Source of the DNA: Thecamonas trahens ATCC 50062
Lineage: Eukaryota; Protista; Apusomonadida
DNA length: 64,000 nt
Assembly: GCF_000142905.1 (NCBI RefSeq)
Contig: NW_013657648.1
Coordinates: 326,922 to 390,921 of the forward strand
Direction: 5' to 3'
Shown here in pieces: positions 53,978 to 64,000 of the stretch (positions are counted from its first letter, which is position 1; each line of letters opens with the position of its first letter). A program made the position numbers and the translations under genes. The notes under the pieces were generated by a model. The model saw nothing but the letters and a program-made list of their open reading frames with translations, had not been told where the DNA came from and ran no database searches.

Positions 53978-56900
53978 TCACAGCCGACGACGAGCGGGCG
54001 GCGGCGGCGGAGGAGTGGCGGCAGCGGCAGTCTTCTCGATCCACCAGATGTAGATAAAGATGCAGCCGACAGCGATGGCGATGAGGAGGAGGGTGACAAG
54101 GGCGATTGAGTACTTGTTTTGGAGAAGAAAGTTGGTAAACTTCTTGTCGAGCCGCCATGGGGCGTATGAATCGCGCGGGCGGTTGGGCGGCGGGAGGTAG
54201 GGATTGGCGTTGGGATCCTTGCGACCGAGGCCGACCGGGTAGGCCTGCGCGATGTGTGCGGGGAGGAGCTCGAGTGAGATCTCGACCTTACCCGAGACCC
54301 CCTCAAAGGCCGGATGCGACATCTTGACCCACTGCTTCTTCAGCTGCTTGCCGTCTTTCATGCGGCGCGCGGAGCGCATAAAGGCCGAGAGATCGAGGTT
54401 GGCCTCACAGAGCGCGTCGTTGGCGTTGAGATAGTCCTTGTCGTAGACCTGGATCTTGAGGCGGGCGTTGGCGGTGTGCGAGCCGCCGAGGATGACCTCG
54501 TCCGAGCCAAAGACAAACCGATAGTTGAAGTTGCCCTCACCGTTTTTGGACCGGTAGTGGATGTCCGACTTTTGCGGCTTGCCCTCGTTGTACCGCATGT
54601 TGATGAAGATGTCCGACATGTTCTTGTCGCGGAGCCGGACCTTCTCGGTGTTCCACACCACAACACGCAGCTCAAACGGCTGCGGCAGGTGGGTGGCGAG
54701 CGAGACCGGCGGGTTGCGCCGCGCGTAGGCCGGCTCGAGGATGTCCACAAACATGTCCAATGCGCTCTGCACACCACGCGAGGTCGGCGAGAACAGCTTG
54801 CGCGTCTCGATCGGCTTGAGCGTCCACCTCTGCCATTTGCGCGAGAAGTACCGGTCCTCAAGGTCAAAGCTGGTCGCACCAATGAGGTCGTTGCTCGAGT
54901 ACTTGTCGTAGTCCCAGATCTCGACAGACACCTCGCCTGCGCCGACCAGCATGGTGTCAAACTGGTAGCACCGCGCAAACTCGGGCGACGAGTTGGCCTT
55001 GAACCGGTGCTTGACATCGTCGATGACCTGCGTCTTGCCTGCCCCATGCCGAATGACCACGAACGGGTCGCACGAGCCCGACGAGTCGCTCGGCACAAGT
55101 CCGACTGCACGGAGGACGTAGACGCGAACAACAAACGGGCGCGGCGCGCCCATGAGCTCCGTCCGGATAGACTTGATCTTGGCAGCCGGCACCGGCTTGG
55201 TCGTCCCGTACAGCTGGTCGCTCGACGACGATGGCGACTCGTGGTAGACATCGCTGCTACTGAGCGGCGTCGACTCGTCGTCAGAGTCCTCGTCCGAGGC
55301 GAGCGACGACGAGCCCGTCATCTCGTCCGACGATGAGACGTGCGAGTCGAGCTCGGCCGGCTGTCGCCGGCGTCGCTTCTTGCGCTGGGCCTTGGTCTTG
55401 CGTCGCTTCCGGCGAGCCGCCTCTTGCTCCTCATCGTAGCTCTCCTCCTCATCGTCAGACACGTCAGAATCCTCGGTGCTACTCGACGCGCTACTCGCGG
55501 CCGAGTCGGACACGTACTCGTCGTCACCATAGTCGTCTGATGTCGACTCGTCGACGTCCGAGTAGCCCCGGACCTCGATGCCGAGCTTGATCTCGCCGAC
55601 CTTGACCTTGCGGGCGCCGTAGTAGAGCGGATACGAGCGGAACGGCAGGTCGTCGAGAACAGTCTCCAGCTCGGCGTTGACAACTGGGCGTTCGTCACCG
55701 ATTGACTCGCCGTCCGACGCCATGTCCTCCGGCGAGAGGTCGTCAGATGACGAGTCGAGCTTGAGCCGACGAAGCTTGGTCTCGGGCATGGTGCGGATTG
55801 GATTGCCGTCCGAGTCGTACTCGTTGGACCAGAGGAAGAGGCCCGACTGCGAGGACGAGTCGTTGTCGTCGGACTTGCCCCCTTTGCCCCTTTTCCCCTT
55901 CTTGTCCTTCTTGCCCTTCTTGCGCTTGCGCTTGCCCTTGCCCGATGCCTTCTCGCGTAGCGTCTTGTTGAGCTCGACGATTTCCTTCTTCTTCTTCCGC
56001 TCGGCCTCGACCTTGACTTTGAGCGTCTCGTTCTCGTGCTTGATGTCTTCCATCTGTTGGCGAAGGAGGCGGACGGTCTCATCGTTGGCCACCGTCGGGT
56101 CAACTGCCGACCACGAGATGTGGTACTCGGAGAGGTTGGACGAGGTCATGTCCATGCCCGATGACGAGCCGTGGCGCTTGCGCTTAGACTTGGACTTGGA
56201 CTTGGACTTGGACTTGCGCCGGCGTTTGGCCTTGGCCACAATCGACTCGGAACTCGAGGGCTGCTCAGCCGAATCCGACGCCGGATAGTCACCGTCGGCA
56301 TCGTACACGCTGTCATCGTCATCGACATCTGCCGAGTAGTCGGAGCCGGACGAGTGCCGCCGGCCGCGGCGTTTGCCGCGGAGCCTACGCTTTGCAGAGG
56401 CGTAGGCTTCGACTTTGACAGCGCGGGCCTGCTCGCTAGGACGGTCGACGATGAAGGGGACCCAAGCGTCGAGCGGGACGAGGGCGGCGCCGATAAAGTT
56501 GGACTTGCGGTCGTAGACGCGGACGGTGATGGAGGGCGCAAAGACGGCACGAGTGGCAACCTCAACGTCCATGGTCAAGGTCTCCAGAAAGTTGGGGTCT
56601 GTTGGCGCCGGGTGCGACGACGCCTTGGTCGTCACCATCGAGTCTGGGCTCGAAACCTGGAGCGTGGCGTGGACGCGCTTGAGCGACTTGAACATGGCAT
56701 GCGAAACAAGCTCGCGACAGCCGACGACCGAGACAAACAGGCGGGCGTCGCGAAGATCCGGAATAAGCGAGCGCGGCGGCGGGTAGTCGTCGGCCTCGTG
56801 GTCGCGAAGAAGCTGGAACGAGAGCAGGAGCTGACCGCGGACGTTTTCGGGCGTGCCGTGAAAGAGGTCGTACCACGACGGCGTGGCAGCGAGGTTGCGC

Positions 56901-58989
56901 GAGAGTGAGTTGAGCGGGATGGTCAGATGGCCGAGAGTGTCGTCGGAGGAGAGCGCATCGTCGTCGAGAGCCTCGATGTGGAGGAGCGGCGCGAGATCGC
57001 GGTCATCGGGGAGCATAACCTTGAGCTCGAGTGTCTGGTACCAGGCCGGCGCAATGGCGCCGTCAAGGACTTTTGTCTTTGCGGCGCCGTTGCCGCAACG
57101 GGCCGAGACGTACGGGTCGATGAACTCCTCGTCCTCGTTGTCGAGCGTCGGTGCGAGGTCGCGGCCCTGGTAGACGTGGACGCGGAGGATGTGCGGGTCG
57201 AGATCGGGCTTGACAAGGTCGAAGCGCCGCGGGAAGCGGTGTTCCTTGGCCTCATCGCCGGCAGTGAGCTTGAAGAGGGCAAGGCCGGCAAAGTTGTCGC
57301 CGTCAAAGGTCGGCTCCATCGGGCGGAGATGGTGCCAGGCCGGCTTGGCCTTGCGACCGGCGGCGAGAAGGTCGTTGAGCGGGAATCGAGCAAAGGCGCG
57401 GTCGACGTAGCGAAGGACGGAGCGCTCTTGGACAACAACAAGGACGTCGGGACGGGAGCGAGCGTTGCGGGGGACGGTGACCGAGAGCGCCGGGAGCGAG
57501 GTGTAGGCGGCGGCGCGACGGTGTTTGTAGGCGATGCGCGACGAGACGACGGCCTCGTGGCCGGCACAGCGGAGCGAGATGCGCAGCTTGCCGGACGAGT
57601 CGTTGCCGAGGACCTCGAGGAGCTCGTAAACGTCGAGCCAGAGGAAGACGCCAATGGCCGGCGGCTCGGAGGCCCAGGCGATGTCCGAGACAGCGTTGAC
57701 CGGGCGCGGCGCAGGAATGAGCGAGGCCGAGACCAAGAGGGCGCCAAAGTACTCGGTGGCGTAGTCCGAGTGGAAGAGCTTGGCATCCTTGAAATCGGCA
57801 AAGGTGTCGTGCGCGTCGGAAAAGCCGTACATGTACAGCCACATGGGCTTGAGCGGCTTTTCAAGGAGCGGCGCAAAGTCGATAAACTGCCGCGAGACGA
57901 GATCGTTGGACGAGAGGCGATCGCGGTCCCAGACGGCAACCTCGATGGTAGAGCACATGGTAGGGATGTTGACCGGGAGGAGGATGGCCTGGTTGTACTC
58001 GGGGCTGCGGTCCTTCTTGTGGACCTTGGTCTTCCCGCGCTGGCCGGCAAAGGCGACCGAGACAAACGAGTCGATGGATCCGATGCGATCGAGCTTGGGC
58101 AGGCCGACGGCCTTGTGGACGTTAAAGGTGAGCTGATGCGGCTCGAGGTCCATGAGCGGCGGCATGAGGACCATGGCCTGCAAGTCCTCGACCGACATGG
58201 GATCGTTGGCGTCCTCCTCGGGCGTGTTGCCGTCTCCGGTGATGGCATCTGGCAGCGGGTCGCCCGGCCCAAGCACAGCGATGCCGACCTTGAGGTAGCC
58301 CTGGAGGCCCTGGAACTTGGCGAGCTGGGTGAGGCCGATCCATGACCGCAGCTGGCCGTTGTCCTTGGCGTAGATCCAGGGAAGCGAAATGGCGTACTGA
58401 CCGATGATAGCTTTGGAGCGGAACGAGTTGGCGTCCCATACCTCGAGCAAGATCGACGCGGCCTCAAACTCGGCATCGGTGAGTTTGGCGTTAAAGTGGA
58501 GGATCTCGTTCCAGGTGCAGTTGAGGGTGGCCTTGTGGGTGCTTGTGCTCTGACGGGAGGAAAAGGCAGTGACGCGGACAAACGGATCAGCCATGGCGTT
58601 GGCATCGCGAGGCTGAAGCTCGCGCGCCTCCTCCACCTTAACCACCAGCCGATACTCGACCCGACCCCGGACATCGTAGTCGTGCTTTGAGCGAGATCTG
58701 ACCTTTGATCGAGAAATAGCTCTTGCATGCTTCACCTTTTTCCGTTCGGGCATAGACTCTGAGTCTTCAATAAAATGTCCAGCACGTGCACCAGTTCGGC
58801 GCCTTTTTCCAGCCCACGATCGACCTGCGCATTGCCCGTCTGTCCACCGCCGCCACTGCCACCGCCACCGGTTCCAGGCGTATTCGCTGCTGCCACGGTC
58901 CCTGCTCCACCACCTGGCGGAGCTGTGTTGACTGCTGGCGGGCCTTCAGCTCCTGCCGTGCCGCCTCCTGGTGCTCCTTGACTGGCCAT
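53978..58989 (-). CDS. Ferlin (multi-C2, tail-anchored; no DysF domain seen, i.e. type II/otoferlin-like)
   Basis: Multiple C2 domains; VRVYVLRA, DLEDRYFS, ELRVVVWNT, QKSDIHYRSKNGEGNFNYRFVF, PVGLGRKDPN...PNRP, C-terminal TM. N-terminal ORF 58732..58989 joins via a single-A loss at 58737-58741. Confidence 0.92.
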
Positions 58990-59728
58990 GGTTGCCTAGC
59001 TCGCGACTGGCGTCAAGTGGGAGGGAACTGGCTGTTGTGTGTACCTGGCTGCTTCGGCAGTGCGGGTGTGAGAGGGCTGCCGGCGTGGGGTGGGGGGTGG
59101 GGGGTGCTGGGAATATTTTTTATAGGGTGGGACATGGGAAATGGGCGCAAGGGGGGGGGGGGGGGGGGGAAGGAGGGGGTGCAGTAGGAGCGGGGATGGG
59201 ATGATGGAGTGGGATTGGGAGGGAGGGGGTGTAGGGGGGTGTAGGGGGTGTAGGGGTGGTGATGGATGCGAGAGTGAGGTGGAGGGGTGGCTGTCTTACG
59301 GCGAGATTTTCGTGGCGGGAGAATGGGGTTTGTTCGTGTACGAGGGATCGTGGACGTGAACGTGGACATGCAGTGTGTGAACGTGTTGTTGTTTGTAGTT
59401 GTATATGAGTGTATGTGTGTGCGTGTGCGTATGGGTGCGTATGGATGCGTATGGGTGCGTATGGGTGCGTGTAAGGCGGCGTGGGCGTGGGAAGGAATAA
59501 TCGCATGTTAAAATGTTCGGCTTGGGCTACTGACCGCGCCGCGAGAGGCACACGGACAAAACAAGGAAGGGATAGGGCAGTGACACGTCTGTGACGGCCT
59601 GGATTCAAGCGGCAGATTGTCTTTTGCTTGCACGCGTGGGTGGGCGGGTGGGCGGGCGGGTGGGTGGGCGGGTGGGTGGCATTGGCGAGCGCATAAGTCC
59701 GGCTGGATCGGATCGGGGTGGCGGTGAT

Positions 59729-59757
59729 TTCGTGAAGAATTGCAGAAGCTTCGCGAG
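59729..59757 (+). promoter_or_regulatory. Candidate heat-shock element upstream of the small HSP
   Basis: TTCgtGAA (59729-59736) and GAAgcTTCgcGAG (59745-59757), nGAAn inverted repeats 120-150 bp before the ATG, followed by AATAAAA. Confidence 0.5.
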
Positions 59758-59877
59758 CACTGATGCACGCCAGAATAAAACAGTGCGGGCGCGCGGCAGG
59801 TAGCAGACGGCGATGCGCAGTCGCACAACAACAAAGCCAAGAACAAGACCATCAAGCAAACGCACAATATCAACAAG

Positions 59878-60336
59878 ATGATGCTCACTCCGTTTCGTTC
59901 GCACCGCGCCCGGCCGCGGAGCAACTGGCTGATCGACGGGTGGGAGCCGTTCGGCGAGCTCGGCATTGGATCGTGGGACTCGGAGTCATCGCGGCTCTCG
60001 TTTGATGTGACCGAGAAGGACGACAAGTACGAGATTGTGGCGCACGTTCCAGTTCCGCGTGACAAAGTCAAGCTCTCTGTTAAGGACGGTGTGGTGACGA
60101 TCTCGGGCTCGGACTCGTCGTCGTCAACGCGTGAGGTTGACGGATACACGTGCACCTCGTCCTCGTCCTCGTCGTTTTCGCGCTCGTTCCCGCTGCCAGC
60201 CGGCATCTCGCCCGAGGCGGTGACGGCAACCCGGGCTGCTGACAACTCGGTCAAGATCGTGATCCCCAAGCCGGAGCCGGGCCAGCACGACGAGCTCGAG
60301 GACGTGACGCCGATGCCAATCGAGATCGAACAGTAA
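59878..60336 (+). CDS. Small heat shock protein (HSP20/alpha-crystallin domain)
   Basis: FDVTEKDDKYEIVAHVP, KVKLSVKDGVVTISG, FSRSFPLP, VKIVIPK, C-terminal IXI (IEI). Confidence 0.9.
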   Translation: MMLTPFRSHRARPRSNWLIDGWEPFGELGIGSWDSESSRLSFDVTEKDDKYEIVAHVPVPRDKVKLSVKDGVVTISGSDSSSSTREVDGYTCTSSSSSSFSRSFPLPAGISPEAVTATRAADNSVKIVIPKPEPGQHDELEDVTPMPIEIEQ

Positions 60337-60420
60337 ATGCTCACCAGCGTTGCAAGAGCAAAGAGTCGGGCAAGCTTGCGGCGCTCAGGCCGGAGCCGAG
60401 CCTGTACGGCGCGCCAACGG

Positions 60421-63400
60421 TCACCAGCCTTGCAGCCGCTTTTCGTGCTCGAGATCCAGCAGAGCTTCCCAAAGCAGCCGCAGGTGCTCGGCGATGCGAG
60501 CCATGCAAAAGATAGTGGCCGAGAGCTGGGTCACCAGTGGGGTGTCGAGCTCGGCCTTGACATGGACCGAGCCGCCGGTGTGCTGCCGGTGAACCGAAGC
60601 GACGTGGTTGAGGAGGACGGCTTCGTAGGCGGCGCGGAGCTTGGGGGCGGTCTTGGCCATGAACGAGATCAGCATTGCGGTCTCTTCGTCGTACTCGAGG
60701 CCACGCGAGAGCGAGGCGGCGAGGTCCAGATCGCGGAGGAGCTTGGCGATCGCTCGCGAGAAGACATGGGCGACGGCGCCGAGCTGCTCGTCGAGGGCGG
60801 CCAGGTACTTGACTCGCGATCGGTGGGCCTCGTCGCCAAGGCCCTTGGACGTTAGCTGGTCCATCCACTTGAGAACGTGGACAAGGTCGCGCTGGACCTC
60901 GATAACACGGTCCCAGTGCTGGCGCGGGACTGGGGTCCGCCACAGGACCGGCTCGACTTCGCTCAGGCCGAGAATGGCTTCTTGCTTTGCGATGCCGGCC
61001 CAGACCGGCTTCATCAGCGCCTTGGTCTGGGGCGACGTCGGATCAGCAATCTCGCGACGGACCGAAATGCCCTGCGGGCCATGACCCGACGACGGCTCGA
61101 GCGCCAGCTCTAGCACGCCGTCCATGAGGTCGCCGAGCGAGGCGACGGTCGCGCGCAGGGCGCCGGTCAGCCGGCTCCCGATCCAGGGGCCTGGGGCAAC
61201 AAGCGTGACAGGGAGGGTGACAGCAATGCCGAGGACGGTCTGCTTGATCCGGGCCAGCGCGTAGGCCTCGTCAGAGACGTCGGGATCCTCGTTGCCAAAG
61301 GCGATGAGGGCGGCGGTAAAGGCGGAGACAAGGCCGCCGTACGAGTACTGCGGCGAGGCGCGGATGTAGCCGGAGAGGACGACCCAGGCGGCGATGAGGA
61401 CAATGACCGCAGGCAAGTAGGCGCCGAGGACCACAACGACAAAGTAAGCAAAGACGGCACCGGCCACGGTGCCCTCCAGCCGCAGAAAGCTCCGCTTGAG
61501 CGAGCCGCCCACCGAAGTCTGCATGAGGAAGCAGACGGTGAGCGGAGCCCAGACGGCGTTGCGGCCAAACTCTTGGGTGAGCTCGGGGACAACGACAATG
61601 AGCGATGCGATGAGGATGCCGCCGGTCCGCCGGAGCGCAAATGCCGCCCGCGTGCCGCGCGGCGCCTTGCCCAGCACCAAATCAGCAAAGGCAGCAAGCA
61701 TCGACTGGTGGTCTGTGGCCGCCGGCGCTGGATCTTCCTCGGGCTGGGTCTCGAAAACGGTGGCGAGCGCCATCGTGCGCTCGATCACGTTCCGGAGGGC
61801 GAGAATCATGGTCTGCATGTTGATCATGTCTGTTGTGGACGGGAGGTTGGCGTCGAACGAACCGCTCGAGTAGAAGATCTCCTGGCGGGCGCGAGCCATG
61901 GCGGCGACCAGCGGCTCGGCCGAGAGCTCGGCTGCCGGCGGGGCGGCCCACACGGAGAGTTCCGAGAGCATCGACGACGACCGCGACCACGAGAGCGGGA
62001 GAGCGGTGACAAAGGTCCGGGTCGCTGCGGCGAGCTCGTTGAGCGGCGCAGCTATGTACGGCCGAAAGGCCTCGAGGTAGCGGAGCTTGACAACGTCGTT
62101 GGTCAGGGTAGTCTCGAGGCATCGGAGGGTGAGAACAAGCTCATGGAAGGCCTTGAGCAGCCGACCGTAAGCCGCGGCCCGCTTGTGGCGGCCGGAATGG
62201 AGAAAGAGCGCAGGGTCCCAAGCAAGCCACGCGTGGTGCTTCTGGGCGAGCTCCATCTGCGACTCGAGGAGGACAAAGAGCGCCCGCGCCCGCTGGCGCT
62301 GGAGATCGGCCCGGAACTGGGTGCCGGACGATTGGACAAGGAACGAGTCGACAAGGGCGGTAAAGAGCGAGGCAACGGTCTGGGTTGACGCCAGCAGGAT
62401 GTCGTCGAGGCGCGCGGCGTCCGAGTGCGGGAACGGGAGCGCCGCAAGTACGCCGGTGATGATGCCGAGCGTAATGGAGAAAACAACCTTGACGGCGGCG
62501 AGGTAGTCGAAGATCGGTGGCGCGGTGGCGGCCGCCGATGAGAGCGAGTGTGCAATGACCGGAACAAGGGCGATGATGATGAGAAAGTTGTCGCGGAGGA
62601 GGAACGAGGTGCCGAAGAGTGCCACCGCAAAGGCCACCATCTGAGCCCAGACGCGGGCCGGCGAGTCTGATGCCAGCAGCGCCAGCGGAATGAACTGGGT
62701 GATGAGCGCGACAGCGGCGCCAACAGCGGCGCCGATGATGCCAAGCGCGCCCGAGCGCAGCGTCTGGGCCAGCGACGCGTTGACGATGATGACCGCAAAG
62801 ACCGGGATGAGGAAGGGGGCGGCCACAATCTGACGGATGGGCTCCCACGACGCCGCCAGGCCTGCCGCCGCCACTGCCGCGCCCATGCGGAGGCTCCATA
62901 CCATAGCCCGGACAAACGGCCGGGTGAGCGGGCGACGGCGAGGCGGCGGCGAGCGGATGAGTGATCGGGCCAACATGGCTTGCCGCTGCGAACCGCTTCC
63001 GTCGCCAGCTTGAGTCTCCGACATGACCTGTCCTCGGCCCTCGCTCAGCTCATCTAATTCGGGCGGAACCATAAGCGGCGAGTCGAAGACCGGAACCTTG
63101 AACTGGCCGCTCATGGAGAGGTGACGCATGCCCGCAGGAGCACTCGCCGGCGGGAGCTCACCGTGGGTCATCTTGAGCGCATTGTCGGACGAGGAGTTTG
63201 CCGACAACAAGTTGTTGCCATTCATGTTAATGGCATGATGTGGGTTGTCGTGGATGATCGTGTTTGAGCTGTCCGATGACGATTCATAGTACGACGAATC
63301 GCCAGAAAAAGTGGCCAAATCAATCGCTGCATGCAAGCCGGGCGTCGCCGGCACGCCTCTCTGGCTGGCCACGTGGCTGACTGTTTCGAGCTCGTTTGAG

Positions 63401-63459
63401 TAGTATGATGACCTCAGCGTGTTTTCACCCGAGTTGCTTGTAGAAGAGACACTCGACAT
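60421..63459 (-). CDS. FUSC/ArAE/ALMT-superfamily transporter-like membrane protein (duplicated TM block)
   Basis: Two TM clusters; WAPLTVCFLM...GGSLKRSFLRLEGTVAGA, YGGLVSAFTA, ALARIKQTVLGI. Confidence 0.82.
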   Translation of the reverse strand: MSSVSSTSNSGENTLRSSYYSNELETVSHVASQRGVPATPGLHAAIDLATFSGDSSYYESSSDSSNTIIHDNPHHAINMNGNNLLSANSSSDNALKMTHGELPPASAPAGMRHLSMSGQFKVPVFDSPLMVPPELDELSEGRGQVMSETQAGDGSGSQRQAMLARSLIRSPPPRRRPLTRPFVRAMVWSLRMGAAVAAAGLAASWEPIRQIVAAPFLIPVFAVIIVNASLAQTLRSGALGIIGAAVGAAVALITQFIPLALLASDSPARVWAQMVAFAVALFGTSFLLRDNFLIIIALVPVIAHSLSSAAATAPPIFDYLAAVKVVFSITLGIITGVLAALPFPHSDAARLDDILLASTQTVASLFTALVDSFLVQSSGTQFRADLQRQRARALFVLLESQMELAQKHHAWLAWDPALFLHSGRHKRAAAYGRLLKAFHELVLTLRCLETTLTNDVVKLRYLEAFRPYIAAPLNELAAATRTFVTALPLSWSRSSSMLSELSVWAAPPAAELSAEPLVAAMARARQEIFYSSGSFDANLPSTTDMINMQTMILALRNVIERTMALATVFETQPEEDPAPAATDHQSMLAAFADLVLGKAPRGTRAAFALRRTGGILIASLIVVVPELTQEFGRNAVWAPLTVCFLMQTSVGGSLKRSFLRLEGTVAGAVFAYFVVVVLGAYLPAVIVLIAAWVVLSGYIRASPQYSYGGLVSAFTAALIAFGNEDPDVSDEAYALARIKQTVLGIAVTLPVTLVAPGPWIGSRLTGALRATVASLGDLMDGVLELALEPSSGHGPQGISVRREIADPTSPQTKALMKPVWAGIAKQEAILGLSEVEPVLWRTPVPRQHWDRVIEVQRDLVHVLKWMDQLTSKGLGDEAHRSRVKYLAALDEQLGAVAHVFSRAIAKLLRDLDLAASLSRGLEYDEETAMLISFMAKTAPKLRAAYEAVLLNHVASVHRQHTGGSVHVKAELDTPLVTQLSATIFCMARIAEHLRLLWEALLDLEHEKRLQGW

Positions 63460-63670
63460 GACTCACACCGAGTTTGGTGCAAGTACTACCAGTTTCTACA
63501 CTCTTTCTTGCCTCTGCCGGCGTCGAGTGTCTGTCCCGTCCAGCGCAGCGCTTGATGTCGCCAGCGATCGATCGGCCGGCGATCGATCGGCCGCTGGTCG
63601 ATGAGCCGGCGATGGTGATGATGATGACGATGGGTGTGTTTGGTTGACAGTGGCAGTCTGCTGTGGCTGG

Positions 63671-64000
63671 CTATGGAGAGGAGGGGCGAGTGGTCTCGGC
63701 GTCGGCGACCCAGGTGATGATGTCGAGCGGATCAAGGCGACGATACGGGTTGGCGGTTGGTCGCGGGGCAAGGTCAAGCCAGGTCTCGACGAGATCGGCC
63801 GGTTCGAGGCCGAGCCAGCTGGCGGCGAGGGCGCGAGTGTCTGCGGCCGGCACGCCGTCGGCACCACCTTCGGTAGGGGCGCGAACCATGAGCGAGACGG
63901 CGCGGATGCGGCGGCCCGGCGCGATGTCGCGGGCCTCGATGCTGACGAGGACAAGCGAGTCGGGCATGGCGGCGAGGGCGGAGGCAAGGCCGTCCAGCTG
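63671..64000 (-). CDS. 3' end of an unidentified gene entering from beyond the window
   Basis: Frame open from 64000 (QLDGLASALAAMPDSLVLVSIEA...) to TAG at 63671. Confidence 0.6.
   Translation of the reverse strand, partial: QLDGLASALAAMPDSLVLVSIEARDIAPGRRIRAVSLMVRAPTEGGADGVPAADTRALAASWLGLEPADLVETWLDLAPRPTANPYRRLDPLDIITWVADAETTRPSSP

Overview
A GC-rich, gene-dense, intron-poor eukaryotic window. Composition and gene style suggest a flagellate protist such as the apusomonad Thecamonas, but that is my inference. It has four assembly gaps and about 24 protein-coding loci. Recognisable genes: topoisomerase III-alpha, an ERK7/MAPK15-like kinase, otubain, VAMP7 (3' exon), a Frag1/DRAM-family protein, a TmcB-like multipass PAS protein, isobutyryl-CoA dehydrogenase, an ankyrin protein, a long-chain acyl-CoA synthetase, a ferlin, a small HSP and a FUSC/ALMT-type transporter. 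The most unusual part is a rearranged island at about 18.9-26.1 kb. It has two overlapping sets of direct repeats: a 62-bp block, and a ~1.05-kb SWIM-RING gene whose second copy has a premature stop. These enclose a decayed restriction-endonuclease-like fragment and an intact bacterial-type AAA-ATPase + PD-(D/E)XK nuclease gene that begins with a mitochondrial-presequence-like peptide. Two single-pass surface receptors combine bacterial-adhesin-like modules, Pro-rich stalks and DxCGVCxG repeats; one has a degenerate class III cyclase domain inside the cell. Several unrelated minisatellites sit in 5' intergenic regions. Eight genes or segments are broken by single-base homopolymer losses that are most likely sequencing errors. 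No rRNA, tRNA or CRISPR array was found. All domain calls are by eye; no searches were run.
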